A stretch of DNA of 64,000 nucleotides. Origin: an uncultured Clostridia bacterium (GTDB taxonomy: Bacteria > Bacillota > Clostridia > Christensenellales > Borkfalkiaceae). A program made the position numbers and the translations under genes. Below are positions 49,385 to 58,682 of the stretch, one piece after another (position 1 is the first letter of the stretch; the number at the start of each line of letters is the position of its first letter). The notes below the pieces were generated by a model, which worked only from the letters and a program-made list of their open reading frames with translations, did not search any database and was not told the origin of the DNA. The stretch is taken from the NCBI GenBank assembly GCA_905235785.1, contig CAJOMP010000004.1, forward strand, positions 18,761 through 82,760, written 5' to 3'.

Positions 49385-49489
49385 CTTTTAAGTCGGTACA
49401 GAGAGATCGGCAAGGTCAAATATTCGGGCGCTTATAATGTATGCGTTAAACCGTTAATATCGTCTTGCCGCGCGGCAAGGCGTTTTTTT
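49385..49489 (+). promoter_or_regulatory. PyrR-dependent attenuator (binding loop, antiterminator, terminator)
   Basis: uuuaaGUCGGUACAGAGAGAUCGGC resembles the PyrR binding loop (UUUAA..CAGAGAG). cggcaagg (49408-49415) can pair with cttgccg of the terminator at 49461-49482, which is followed by T7. Confidence 0.75.
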
Positions 49490-49509
49490 ATGCGACAAGG
49501 AGGCTTGCG

Positions 49510-50043
49510 ATGCGTAAAGTAATGATTATGGACGAAGCGACGGTTTTAAGATCGCTTGCGAGAATCACTCACGAAATAATAGAGAAAACAGACGGCGCGG
49601 AAGAAGTCTGTATTCTCGGCGTTAAAAGCCGCGGCGTCACGCTTGCGGAAATTCTTTCGGAAAACCTTAAAAAATTCGCGGGGATATCCGCGCCGTGCGG
49701 AATAATAGACGCGACTATGTACCGCGACGATTACACCGCCGCGCAGAAAAAAGAAAAGGCGACAAAAAGCGTTGTTCCGTGCGATATAACGGGCAAAACG
49801 GTGGTAATAGTCGACGACGTGTTATATACGGGCAGGACGGCGCGCGCGGCGATAGAAGCGGTGTTTGCGCTGGGGCGTCCGAAAGCAGTGCGACTTGTCG
49901 CTCTTATCGACAGGGGGCACAGGGAAATTCCCATACGCCCCGATTTTGTAGGCAAAAACATACCGACTTCGAGAAAAGAAAAAGTTTCGGTGGTTATGCA
50001 GGGCGAAGAACGCGGCGTGTTTATCGTAGGCATTACTGACTGA
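49510..50043 (+). CDS. pyrR: Bifunctional pyr operon regulator / uracil phosphoribosyltransferase PyrR
   Basis: Start at MRKVMIMDE (RBS aaggagg). PRPP motif VVIVDDVLYTGRTARAA. Confidence 0.93.
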   Translation: MRKVMIMDEATVLRSLARITHEIIEKTDGAEEVCILGVKSRGVTLAEILSENLKKFAGISAPCGIIDATMYRDDYTAAQKKEKATKSVVPCDITGKTVVIVDDVLYTGRTARAAIEAVFALGRPKAVRLVALIDRGHREIPIRPDFVGKNIPTSRKEKVSVVMQGEERGVFIVGITD

Positions 50044-50067
50044 TAATATTAAAAACGGAGAAACTAT

Positions 50068-51288
50068 ATGGATTTAGGCAACATAAAAAAGATTGCGGGA
50101 ACGGACGCGAAAAACGCGGGTAGCGTTGATTTTGCGTTCGCGTTTTCGGATTTTTGCCACGATTTAAATCCTGATAAAGAATACGTTGTTTTTCCCGGTT
50201 TCTGTGATGTGCACGTGCATTTCAGGGAACCGGGTTTTTCTTATAAAGAGACGATAAAGGCGGGGGCTTTATCCGCGGCGCGCGGGGGATATACCGCGGT
50301 TTGCACTATGCCTAACTTAAACCCCGTACAGGATTGCGTTTCGTCTATTGCAATTCAGCGACAAATCATAGAAAAAGACGCTTGTATAGCAGTTTATCCG
50401 TATGCCGCCATAACCAAGGGCGAGCGCGGCGAAGAACTTTCGGATATGGAAGAATTAGCCGCCCTTTCCGTCGCCTTTTCGGACGACGGAAAGGGCGTTC
50501 AAAGCGAAGACATGATGCGGCTTGCGATGATAAAGGCAAAATCGCTCGGTAAAATCGTCGCCGCCCATTGCGAAGTAAACGAACTTTTAAAAGGCGGATA
50601 TATTCACGACGGAACATATGCTAATATGCACGGACATAAAGGCATTTCTTCGGAAAGCGAATATAAAGAAATAGAGCGCGACCTTTGTATTGCAAAAGAA
50701 ACGGGCGCGGCTTTTCACGTTTGCCATATTTCCGCCGCGGAAAGCGTGGAACTCATAAGAAAGGCAAAAGCGGACGGTGTAAACGTTACCTGCGAAACCG
50801 CCCCGCACTATCTCGTACTCGACGACAGCGATTTAAAAGAAAGCGGGGATTTCAAAATGAATCCGCCGCTCCGCGGTAAAAAAGACAGGCTCGCTTTAAT
50901 ACAAGGACTTGTCGACGGCACGATAGATATGATAGCGACAGACCACGCGCCGCACGCGAAAGAAGAAAAATCCAAAGGTTTAGCGGGCAGCGCGTTCGGC
51001 ATTGTGGGGCTTGAAACGGCGTTTTCCGTTCTTTATAGCGAACTCGTAAAAGGCGGCGTTATTTCGCTTGAAAAACTCGTCGACCTAATGGCGGTAAATC
51101 CGAGAAAAAGATTTAATATACCTTACGACGGGTTTTCCGTTTGGGATCTTAACGCGGCGTATAAGGTAGACCCCGACGGGTTTTTATCGAAAGGCAGATC
51201 CACGCCGTTTGCGGGAAGAAGGGTGTTCGGTGAAAATCAACTTACCGTTTACGGCGGCAAGACGGTCTATAAAAAACTTAAACAGTAA
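50068..51288 (+). CDS. pyrC: Dihydroorotase
   Basis: PGFCDVHVHFREPG, DDGKG, ATDHAPH. Confidence 0.93.
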   Translation: MDLGNIKKIAGTDAKNAGSVDFAFAFSDFCHDLNPDKEYVVFPGFCDVHVHFREPGFSYKETIKAGALSAARGGYTAVCTMPNLNPVQDCVSSIAIQRQIIEKDACIAVYPYAAITKGERGEELSDMEELAALSVAFSDDGKGVQSEDMMRLAMIKAKSLGKIVAAHCEVNELLKGGYIHDGTYANMHGHKGISSESEYKEIERDLCIAKETGAAFHVCHISAAESVELIRKAKADGVNVTCETAPHYLVLDDSDLKESGDFKMNPPLRGKKDRLALIQGLVDGTIDMIATDHAPHAKEEKSKGLAGSAFGIVGLETAFSVLYSELVKGGVISLEKLVDLMAVNPRKRFNIPYDGFSVWDLNAAYKVDPDGFLSKGRSTPFAGRRVFGENQLTVYGGKTVYKKLKQ

Positions 51289-51310
51289 GACTTTTTAAAA
51301 GGAGCATATT

Positions 51311-54300
51311 ATGGCAAAGAGAAAGGACATTAAAAAGATACTTATAATCGGTTCCGGTCCTATCGTTATAGGACAAGCGGCGGAATTCGATTACGCGGGC
51401 ACACAGGCCTGCCTTGCGTTAAAAGAAGAAGGTTACGAAGTGGTTTTAGTCAATTCTAATCCCGCTACGATTATGACCGATACGCAGATTGCGGACAAGG
51501 TGTATATGGAACCCTTAACGCTCGAATACGTGGCGAAGATTTTGCGTTTCGAGCGTCCGGACGCGATTGTCCCGGGGATAGGCGGGCAGACGGGGCTTAA
51601 TCTTGCCATGCAACTCGAAAAAAAAGGAATACTTAAAGAGTGCCGAGTGGAACTTTTAGGCACGAGCGGCGAAAGTATAGAGCGCGCGGAAGACAGAGAA
51701 CTGTTTAAAAAAATGTGCGAAAGTATCGGCGAGCCCGTAATACCTTCGGAAATCACTTACGACATAGACGCGGCGCTGAAAGCGGCAAAAAAGATAGGAT
51801 ATCCCGTAGTGCTTCGTCCCGCGTTTACTTTGGGCGGAACGGGCGGCGGATTTGCCAACGACGAAAAAGAACTGCGTGAAATAGCGGCGAACGGTTTTGC
51901 GCTTTCGCCCGTGCATCAGGTACTTGTGGAGAAGAGCGTTAAAGGCTATAAAGAAATAGAATTCGAAGTAATGCGCGATTCCGCGGATAACGCGATAACT
52001 ATCTGCGGTATGGAAAATATCGACCCTGTGGGCGTTCATACGGGAGATTCCGTCGTCGTAGCGCCCATTATGTCGCTTAACGCTCACGATTTGAAAATGC
52101 TCAACGACAGCGCGATAAAAATCATACGCGAACTCAAAATCGAAGGCGGGTGCAACGTACAGTTCGCGTTAAACCCGAATTCGAGCGAATATTATCTTAT
52201 AGAAGTCAATCCGAGAGTTTCGCGTTCTTCCGCGCTCGCGTCGAAAGCGAGCGGCTATCCCATAGCCAGGGTAACTGCAAAGATTGCGGTGGGTATGGAA
52301 TTAAAGGATATACCCGTTGCGGGCGGTACGGCGGCAAAAGAACCCGCTCTCGATTATTGCGTTGCGAAATTTCCGCGGTTTCCGTTCGATAAATTCGTAA
52401 ACGCTACCAACGTTCTCGGCACGCAAATGAAGGCGACGGGCGAAGTGATGGGCATAGGCGCTACGCTATCAGAGTGTATTTTGAAGTCCGTGCGTTCGCT
52501 TGAAACGGGCGCGTGTCATCTGCGGTTAAAGAAATTTGAAGATAAGACTGCCGAAGAGTTGAAAGACTACTTAAAAGAATTCCGCGCGGACGGGCTTTTC
52601 GCGGCGGCGGAAGCGTTAAGAAGGGGAGTAACCGTTTCCGAACTTTATAAAATAACGATGATAACGCCGCTGTTTTTGGAGTGCGTTAAATCGATAGTCG
52701 ATATGGAAAATATTTTAACGGAAAAACATTTCGATATTAACGCGCTGAAAGCGGCAAAATCAATGGGCTTTTCGGATAAGTTTATCGCGGAACTTTGGAA
52801 CGCTCGGGAAAAGGATATTTACGATTTCAGAAAAAATAACGGAATAACTCCCGTTTTTAAGATGGTGGATACTTTGCATACGGGTAAGTATATCGCCTAT
52901 CTTTATTCGACCTACATAAATCAACTTGATAAAAACGTAAAACAGCAGTCGCGCCTTACGGACAAAAAGAAACTCGTGGTGTTGGGCGCAGGACCTATCC
53001 GTATAGGGCAGGGCGTCGAATTCGATTATTCTACCGTGCACGCCGTTCAGACGATAAGACGCGCAGGGTACGAGGCGATTATAATAAACAATAATCCCGA
53101 AACGGTTTCGACCGATTATACAACCGCCGATAAACTGTATTTCGAGCCGTTAACGCCCGAAGACGTTATCTCTATTCTCGATTACGAAAACCCCGAAGGG
53201 GTTATCGCGTCGCTCGGCGGACAGACGGCTATAAATCTCGCCGACCCGCTATACAGAAGGGGTGTAAACATCGTCGGCACCGATTGCGCCGCGATAGACA
53301 AGGCGGAAAACAGAGAATTATTTGAAAACCTTCTCAATAAACTCGATATTACGCGCCCCGAAGGATATGCCGTAACTAATATAAAAGACGGCGTTAAAGC
53401 GGCGGCGAAAATCGGTTATCCGGTGCTTGTTCGTCCGAGTTTCGTTCTTGGCGGCAGAGCGATGCAGATAGTCGGTGACGAAAAGGGGCTTTGCCGTTAC
53501 CTTAAAACCGCGGTGGAAATAGACGAAGATAAACCCGTACTTGTCGATAAATATATCGTCGGCAAAGAAGTGGAAGTCGACGCGGTGTGCGACGGCGTGG
53601 ACGTATTCGTGCCGGGGATAATGGAACTCGTCGAAAGAACGGGCATACACTCGGGTGACAGCATCTCGGTATACCCGACGTTTTCGATATCGGATAAAGT
53701 AAAGGGAACGATTTTAAGTTACGCGAAAAAACTCGGACTCGGCATAGGTATAAAGGGACTTTACAACATACAGTTTATAGTGGATAAAGACGAGAAAGTC
53801 TATATAATAGAAGTTAACCCGAGATCTTCGAGAACCGTGCCGTTTTTATCCAAAGCGACGGGCTATTCGCTCGCCGATATCGCTACCGAAGTGATTATGG
53901 GCAAGACCTTAAAAGAACTGGGAATTTTCGGGATATACCCCGAAGAGAAAAAACGCTATTACGTAAAAGCGCCCGTGTTCTCGTTCAATAAAATAAAGGG
54001 TTTGGACGCATACCTTTCGCCGGAAATGAAGTCCACGGGCGAAGCGATAGGTTACGACGACAAATTAAACCGCGCGCTGTATAAAGCGCTTACGGCGGCG
54101 GGTACGAAACTGCAAAACTACGGCACGGTGTTCGCCACGATATCCGACGCGGACAAGGCGGAAGCGTTGCCGCTTATCCGCAGGTTCTATAATTTGGGAT
54201 TTAATATAGAAGCGACTTACGGCACGGCGAAATTCTTGAAAGAAAACGGCATACGCACGCACGTTCTTAAAAAGATAAGCGAAGGCAGTACCGAAATTCG

Positions 54301-54502
54301 CGACGAGATACGCGAAGGGCATATAGCGTACGTTATCAACACTTCGGCGGTGGGCGCGGAAAGCGCAAAACTCGACGGCGTGGAAATAAGAAAGTACGCG
54401 ACCGAAAGCAACGTAACGACATTTACTTCGCTCGACACGGTAAAAGTGCTTTTGGACGTTTTGGAAGAAACCACTCTCACGATATCCACGATAGACGCTT
54501 AA
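51311..54502 (+). CDS. carB: Carbamoyl-phosphate synthase large subunit
   Basis: 1063 aa with duplicated ATP-grasp modules (ILIIGSGPIVIGQAAEFDYAGTQA and VLGAGPIRIGQGVEFDYSTVHA) and an MGS-like C-terminus. No carA is adjacent. Confidence 0.98.
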   Translation: MAKRKDIKKILIIGSGPIVIGQAAEFDYAGTQACLALKEEGYEVVLVNSNPATIMTDTQIADKVYMEPLTLEYVAKILRFERPDAIVPGIGGQTGLNLAMQLEKKGILKECRVELLGTSGESIERAEDRELFKKMCESIGEPVIPSEITYDIDAALKAAKKIGYPVVLRPAFTLGGTGGGFANDEKELREIAANGFALSPVHQVLVEKSVKGYKEIEFEVMRDSADNAITICGMENIDPVGVHTGDSVVVAPIMSLNAHDLKMLNDSAIKIIRELKIEGGCNVQFALNPNSSEYYLIEVNPRVSRSSALASKASGYPIARVTAKIAVGMELKDIPVAGGTAAKEPALDYCVAKFPRFPFDKFVNATNVLGTQMKATGEVMGIGATLSECILKSVRSLETGACHLRLKKFEDKTAEELKDYLKEFRADGLFAAAEALRRGVTVSELYKITMITPLFLECVKSIVDMENILTEKHFDINALKAAKSMGFSDKFIAELWNAREKDIYDFRKNNGITPVFKMVDTLHTGKYIAYLYSTYINQLDKNVKQQSRLTDKKKLVVLGAGPIRIGQGVEFDYSTVHAVQTIRRAGYEAIIINNNPETVSTDYTTADKLYFEPLTPEDVISILDYENPEGVIASLGGQTAINLADPLYRRGVNIVGTDCAAIDKAENRELFENLLNKLDITRPEGYAVTNIKDGVKAAAKIGYPVLVRPSFVLGGRAMQIVGDEKGLCRYLKTAVEIDEDKPVLVDKYIVGKEVEVDAVCDGVDVFVPGIMELVERTGIHSGDSISVYPTFSISDKVKGTILSYAKKLGLGIGIKGLYNIQFIVDKDEKVYIIEVNPRSSRTVPFLSKATGYSLADIATEVIMGKTLKELGIFGIYPEEKKRYYVKAPVFSFNKIKGLDAYLSPEMKSTGEAIGYDDKLNRALYKALTAAGTKLQNYGTVFATISDADKAEALPLIRRFYNLGFNIEATYGTAKFLKENGIRTHVLKKISEGSTEIRDEIREGHIAYVINTSAVGAESAKLDGVEIRKYATESNVTTFTSLDTVKVLLDVLEETTLTISTIDA

Positions 54503-54514
54503 AAAAGGTATAAA

Positions 54515-55243
54515 ATGAAACAAGTCATAATGGAAACGTTAAAGACCGAAAGACTTTGCGACAGCGTTTATAAAACGGTGTTTTGCGGCGACGTTTCGGG
54601 TATAACAAACGCGGGGCAGTTCGTCAACGTAAAGATAGACGACCTGTTTTTGCGCCGCCCGATATCCGTCTGCGATTACGGCGACAATACTCTTACGCTC
54701 GTATATAAAACCGTCGGCAAAGGCACGGAAGAACTGTCGTGCGCAAAACGCGGCGATAAATTCGATATGCTTACGGGGCTCGGCAACGGCTACGACTTGT
54801 CCGCCGCGGGTGAAAAACCGCTGCTTATCGGCGGCGGGGTCGGCGTTCCGCCACTTTACTGCCTTGCGAAAAAAATGATAAAAGCGGGCAAAAAAGTTTC
54901 GGTTGCGCTCGGATTTAACCGAAAAGAAGAAGCGTTTTTCGTTCGGGAATTCGAAGATTTGAATTGTCGGGTTTTCGTCTCCACGGTAGACGGAAGTCTT
55001 GGCAAAAAAGGTCTGATAACGGACGTTTTGCCCGACGATTATTCGTACTATTACGCTTGCGGGCCTATGCCTATGCTTAAAGCGGTGTTTAACGCGGCGC
55101 GCGGCGACGGAGAGTTTTCCTTTGAAGAGCGCATGGGTTGCGGTTTCGGCGCGTGTATGGGTTGCGCCTGTAAAACGCTTTTCGGCAATAAAAGGGTGTG
55201 TAAAGAAGGTCCGGTATTTAAAAAAGGTGAAATTTTATGGTAA
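54515..55243 (+). CDS. pyrK: Dihydroorotate dehydrogenase electron-transfer subunit
   Basis: FAD/NAD-binding fold plus the 2Fe-2S motif CGFGACMGCAC...C. Confidence 0.9.
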   Translation: MKQVIMETLKTERLCDSVYKTVFCGDVSGITNAGQFVNVKIDDLFLRRPISVCDYGDNTLTLVYKTVGKGTEELSCAKRGDKFDMLTGLGNGYDLSAAGEKPLLIGGGVGVPPLYCLAKKMIKAGKKVSVALGFNRKEEAFFVREFEDLNCRVFVSTVDGSLGKKGLITDVLPDDYSYYYACGPMPMLKAVFNAARGDGEFSFEERMGCGFGACMGCACKTLFGNKRVCKEGPVFKKGEILW

Positions 55244-56151
55244 ATTTCGACACAAAAGTAGATTTATGCGGAATATCTCTCGATAATCCCGTTATCCCCG
55301 CAAGCGGAACGTTCGGCTACGGGTATGAGTTCGCCGAACTCTACGATATAAATATTCTCGGCGCGTTTTCCTGTAAGGGCACTACGCTTTCGGAACGGTT
55401 CGGCAACCCCACTCCGCGCATTGCCGAGTGCGCCGCGGGCATGCTTAACTCCGTGGGCTTGCAAAATCCCGGAGTAAAAAAGGTAGTGGCGGAAGAACTG
55501 CCGCGCCTTAAAAAGGTATACGGGAAAAAAATAATGGCAAACGTCAGCGGCTTTTCCGCGGAAGAATACGTCGAAGTAAGCCGCATTTTAGATAAAGAAG
55601 ACGTAGTCGGATGGTTGGAAATTAACGTTTCCTGTCCGAACGTGCACGGCGGCGGGCTTTCTTTCGGCACCGATCCGAAAACGGCGGCGCAAATTACCGC
55701 AATGGTCAAAAAAGCGACCGTTAAACCCGTTATAGTAAAACTTTCGCCGAACGTTACCGATATCGCGGCAATGGCGAAAGCGGTCGAAGACGCGGGGGCG
55801 GACGGCGTTTCGCTCATAAACACGCTCGTCGGTATGCGTATAGATTTGAAAACAAAAAAACCTATTTTGAGTAACGTAACGGGCGGACTGTCGGGACCTG
55901 CGATTTTTCCCGTTGCGCTCGGTATGGTGTATAAGGTCTGTAAAGCGGTGAAAATTCCCGTGGTCGGTATGGGCGGTATCAAAAGCGCGGAAGACGTTTT
56001 GGAAATGATGCTTGCGGGCGCTACGGCGGTAGAAGTCGGCGCGGCTAATCTCGTCGACCCGTACGCGTGCAAAAAAATAATAGAAGATTTACCGAAGACA
56101 ATGGAAAAATACGGCGTAAAATCGCTTAAAGAAATAAGGGGGTCTGTATAA
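55237..56151 (+). CDS. pyrD: Dihydroorotate dehydrogenase (class 1B) catalytic subunit
   Basis: NPVIPASGTFGYG, GLQNPG, EINVSCPN, GGLSGPAI, GMGGI. Confidence 0.95.
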   Translation: MVNFDTKVDLCGISLDNPVIPASGTFGYGYEFAELYDINILGAFSCKGTTLSERFGNPTPRIAECAAGMLNSVGLQNPGVKKVVAEELPRLKKVYGKKIMANVSGFSAEEYVEVSRILDKEDVVGWLEINVSCPNVHGGGLSFGTDPKTAAQITAMVKKATVKPVIVKLSPNVTDIAAMAKAVEDAGADGVSLINTLVGMRIDLKTKKPILSNVTGGLSGPAIFPVALGMVYKVCKAVKIPVVGMGGIKSAEDVLEMMLAGATAVEVGAANLVDPYACKKIIEDLPKTMEKYGVKSLKEIRGSV

Positions 56152-56852
56152 TGGCGAAAGACGTAATAATAGCGTGCGATTTTGACGGCGCGGAAAAAAC
56201 GCTCGCTTTTCTGGACTTATTTAATGACAGAAAACCGTTCGTAAAAATAGGCATGGAACTTTTTTATTCCGCGGGACCCGATATCGTGCGCAAAGTAAAA
56301 GAAAGGGGACACAAAGTTTTTCTGGATCTTAAACTGCACGATATCCCGAATACGGTGAGAAAGAGTATGGCTGTTTTAACAAATCTCGGCGCGGATATAT
56401 TAGACCTTCACGCGGGCGGAACGATCAGTATGATGAAAGCGGGGCTCGAAGGCGTTTGCCAAAGAGTCGGCGCCAGACCGCTTTTGATTGCAATAACGCA
56501 ATTGACTTCAACCGACGAAGAAAGTATGCAACGCGACTTGCTTATCGAACGCCCTATTGCGGACGTCGTTTCGCACTATGCGTTAAACGCAAAAATCGCG
56601 GGGCTTGACGGTATAGTGTGTTCGCCGCTCGAAGCGGACAAGGTGCATAAAACTTGCGGCAAAGATTTTCTTACTATCACTCCCGGCATACGTTTTGAAG
56701 ACGGGGAAAAGGGCGACCAAAAAAGAGTTATGACCCCGACCGCCGCAAGACAAGCGGGTTCAGACTATATCGTTGTGGGACGCCCCATAACCGCGGCGGA
56801 AGATCCTGTCGCGGCATACCTTAGATGCGTAAAAGAATTTTTGGGAGAATAA
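56151..56852 (+). CDS. pyrF: Orotidine 5'-phosphate decarboxylase
   Basis: VKIGMELF, FLDLKLHDIPNT, IVVGRPIT. Confidence 0.95.
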   Translation: MAKDVIIACDFDGAEKTLAFLDLFNDRKPFVKIGMELFYSAGPDIVRKVKERGHKVFLDLKLHDIPNTVRKSMAVLTNLGADILDLHAGGTISMMKAGLEGVCQRVGARPLLIAITQLTSTDEESMQRDLLIERPIADVVSHYALNAKIAGLDGIVCSPLEADKVHKTCGKDFLTITPGIRFEDGEKGDQKRVMTPTAARQAGSDYIVVGRPITAAEDPVAAYLRCVKEFLGE

Positions 56853-56853
56853 T

Positions 56854-57501
56854 ATGGAAATTAACGAAAAAGTAGCGAAGGCTTTGCTTTCCGAACGGGC
56901 GGTGTTTTTCCGCCCCGAAGAGCCTTTTATCTGGGCGAGCGGCATAAAAAGTCCCGTGTATTGCGATAACCGCTTAACGCTTACCGCGCCGAAAGTAAGA
57001 CTTATAATCGAAAACGGGCTTGCAACGATAGTAAAAACGGAATATCCCGATGCGGAAGTCTTAATGGGAACTTCTACCGCGGGGATAGCGCACGCGGCTA
57101 TAACCGCGCATATTCTGGGGCTTCCCATGGGTTACGTCCGTTCGGGCGCGAAAGACCACGGCAGACAGAACAGAATAGAAGGCAAACTCGAAAAAGGACA
57201 AAAAGTCGTCGTGATAGAAGACCTTATTTCGACGGGCGGCAGCGTAATAGACACGGTAGACGCGTTGCGGCAGGCGGGCGCGGAAGTTTTGGGAGTTGCG
57301 AGCATTTTCACTTACGGTATGAAAAAAGGCATAGAGAAACTCGCCGCGGCGAACGTTAAAAACGTGTCGCTGACAAACTTCGACGCGGTAGCTAAGGTCG
57401 CCGCGAAAGAAGGATATATAGCGGGAAGCGACGTTAAAAGACTGTTAGAGTTCAGGGATAATCCGTCGGACGAAAGTTGGATAAAGGAGAAAAATTTATG
57501 A
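56854..57501 (+). CDS. pyrE: Orotate phosphoribosyltransferase
   Basis: PRPP-binding motif VVVIEDLISTGGS. Confidence 0.93.
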   Translation: MEINEKVAKALLSERAVFFRPEEPFIWASGIKSPVYCDNRLTLTAPKVRLIIENGLATIVKTEYPDAEVLMGTSTAGIAHAAITAHILGLPMGYVRSGAKDHGRQNRIEGKLEKGQKVVVIEDLISTGGSVIDTVDALRQAGAEVLGVASIFTYGMKKGIEKLAAANVKNVSLTNFDAVAKVAAKEGYIAGSDVKRLLEFRDNPSDESWIKEKNL

Positions 57502-58589
57502 AAAGCGTAATAGACATTTCCGACCTTACCCGCATAGAGATTGACGAAATGATAATGACGGCGACGGACATAATAAACCGTCCCGAAAAATATTCGGATA
57601 AGTGCAAGGGTAAAAAGATAGCCACGCTGTTTTTCGAGCCGTCCACCCGCACAAGGCTTTCATTTGAAGCGGCAATGTACGATCTCGGCGGCAACGTTTT
57701 GTCCGTGCCGGGCGAAGCGCTTTCTTCCGCGGCGAAAGGCGAAAGCGTTGCGGATACGGTAAAAGTGGTTTCGTCGTACGTCGATATAATAGCGATGCGC
57801 TCGCCAAAAGAAGGCGCGGCGTTCGTTGCGGCAAACAACGCGACCGTGCCCGTGATAAATGCGGGCGACGGGGGGCATTGCCACCCCACGCAGACTCTTG
57901 CCGACCTTCTTACGATTTACCGCGAAAAGGGCACGTTCGACAACTTGACCGTCGGATTTTGCGGCGACCTTAAATACGGCAGAACGGTGCACTCTCTGAT
58001 AACCGCGCTTTCGAGATATAAAAACGTTAAAATCGCGCTTATTTCGCCCGACGAGTTGAAGTTGCCGAATTATATGAAAACAGGCGTTATCGAAAAATCG
58101 GGTATGGAATATAAGGAAACGGACAATCTCGAAAGCGTTCTTCCCGAACTCGATATTCTCTATATGACGAGAATTCAGCAGGAGCGGTTCGATGACAAAG
58201 CCGAATACGAAAGGCTTAAAGACGCGTACGTTTTAACGGCGGAAAAAATGCGGGCGGCAAAAAAAGACGCTTGCGTTATGCACCCCTTGCCGCGCGTGAA
58301 CGAAATCAGCGTGAAAGTGGACAAAGACCCCCGCGCCTGTTATTTTAAGCAAGTGGAAAACGGCAAGTTTATGCGTATGGCGCTTATATTAAAACTGTTG
58401 AAAGAGGCGGAAAATCCCGTAAAAGAAGACCTTTTGAAAAACACCGAAACGTTCGCCTTAACATCGGGTTGCGAAAATCCGCGCTGTATTTCGCAAACCG
58501 AACAGGAACTTGAAAAACTGTTTAAAATCGTGGATAAAAAAGCGGGAGTGTGCCGCTGTGTGTATTGCGAAAAGAGCAAAAAAGTTTAA
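57498..58589 (+). CDS. pyrB: Aspartate carbamoyltransferase catalytic chain fused to a PyrI-type zinc domain
   Basis: FEPSTRTRLSFE, HPTQ and HPLPR form the catalytic core (about 305 aa). The C-terminal ~55 aa, CENPRCIS...CRCVYCEK, match the PyrI zinc domain (CPNxNCIS...CxYCE). ATGA overlap with pyrE. Confidence 0.88.
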   Translation: MKSVIDISDLTRIEIDEMIMTATDIINRPEKYSDKCKGKKIATLFFEPSTRTRLSFEAAMYDLGGNVLSVPGEALSSAAKGESVADTVKVVSSYVDIIAMRSPKEGAAFVAANNATVPVINAGDGGHCHPTQTLADLLTIYREKGTFDNLTVGFCGDLKYGRTVHSLITALSRYKNVKIALISPDELKLPNYMKTGVIEKSGMEYKETDNLESVLPELDILYMTRIQQERFDDKAEYERLKDAYVLTAEKMRAAKKDACVMHPLPRVNEISVKVDKDPRACYFKQVENGKFMRMALILKLLKEAENPVKEDLLKNTETFALTSGCENPRCISQTEQELEKLFKIVDKKAGVCRCVYCEKSKKV

Positions 58590-58592
58590 TTA

Positions 58593-58634
58593 CCGTCCGC
58601 TTGCCGACGTTTAAGCGTAACGGATAGTTTTTTT
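58593..58634 (+). terminator. Terminator after the pyr operon
   Basis: ccgtccgctt / aagcgtaacgg imperfect stem followed by T-run 58628-58634. Confidence 0.6.
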
Positions 58635-58645
58635 CGCTCAACGGA

Positions 58646-58674
58646 TTGACAATCTACGTATAATTTATTATAAT
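58646..58674 (+). promoter_or_regulatory. Sigma-A type promoter of the partner-switching operon
   Basis: TTGACA-17 nt-TATAAT. The ATG at 58683 is 8 nt after the -10 with no SD, suggesting a leaderless mRNA. Confidence 0.55.
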
Positions 58675-58682
58675 TACAAACG

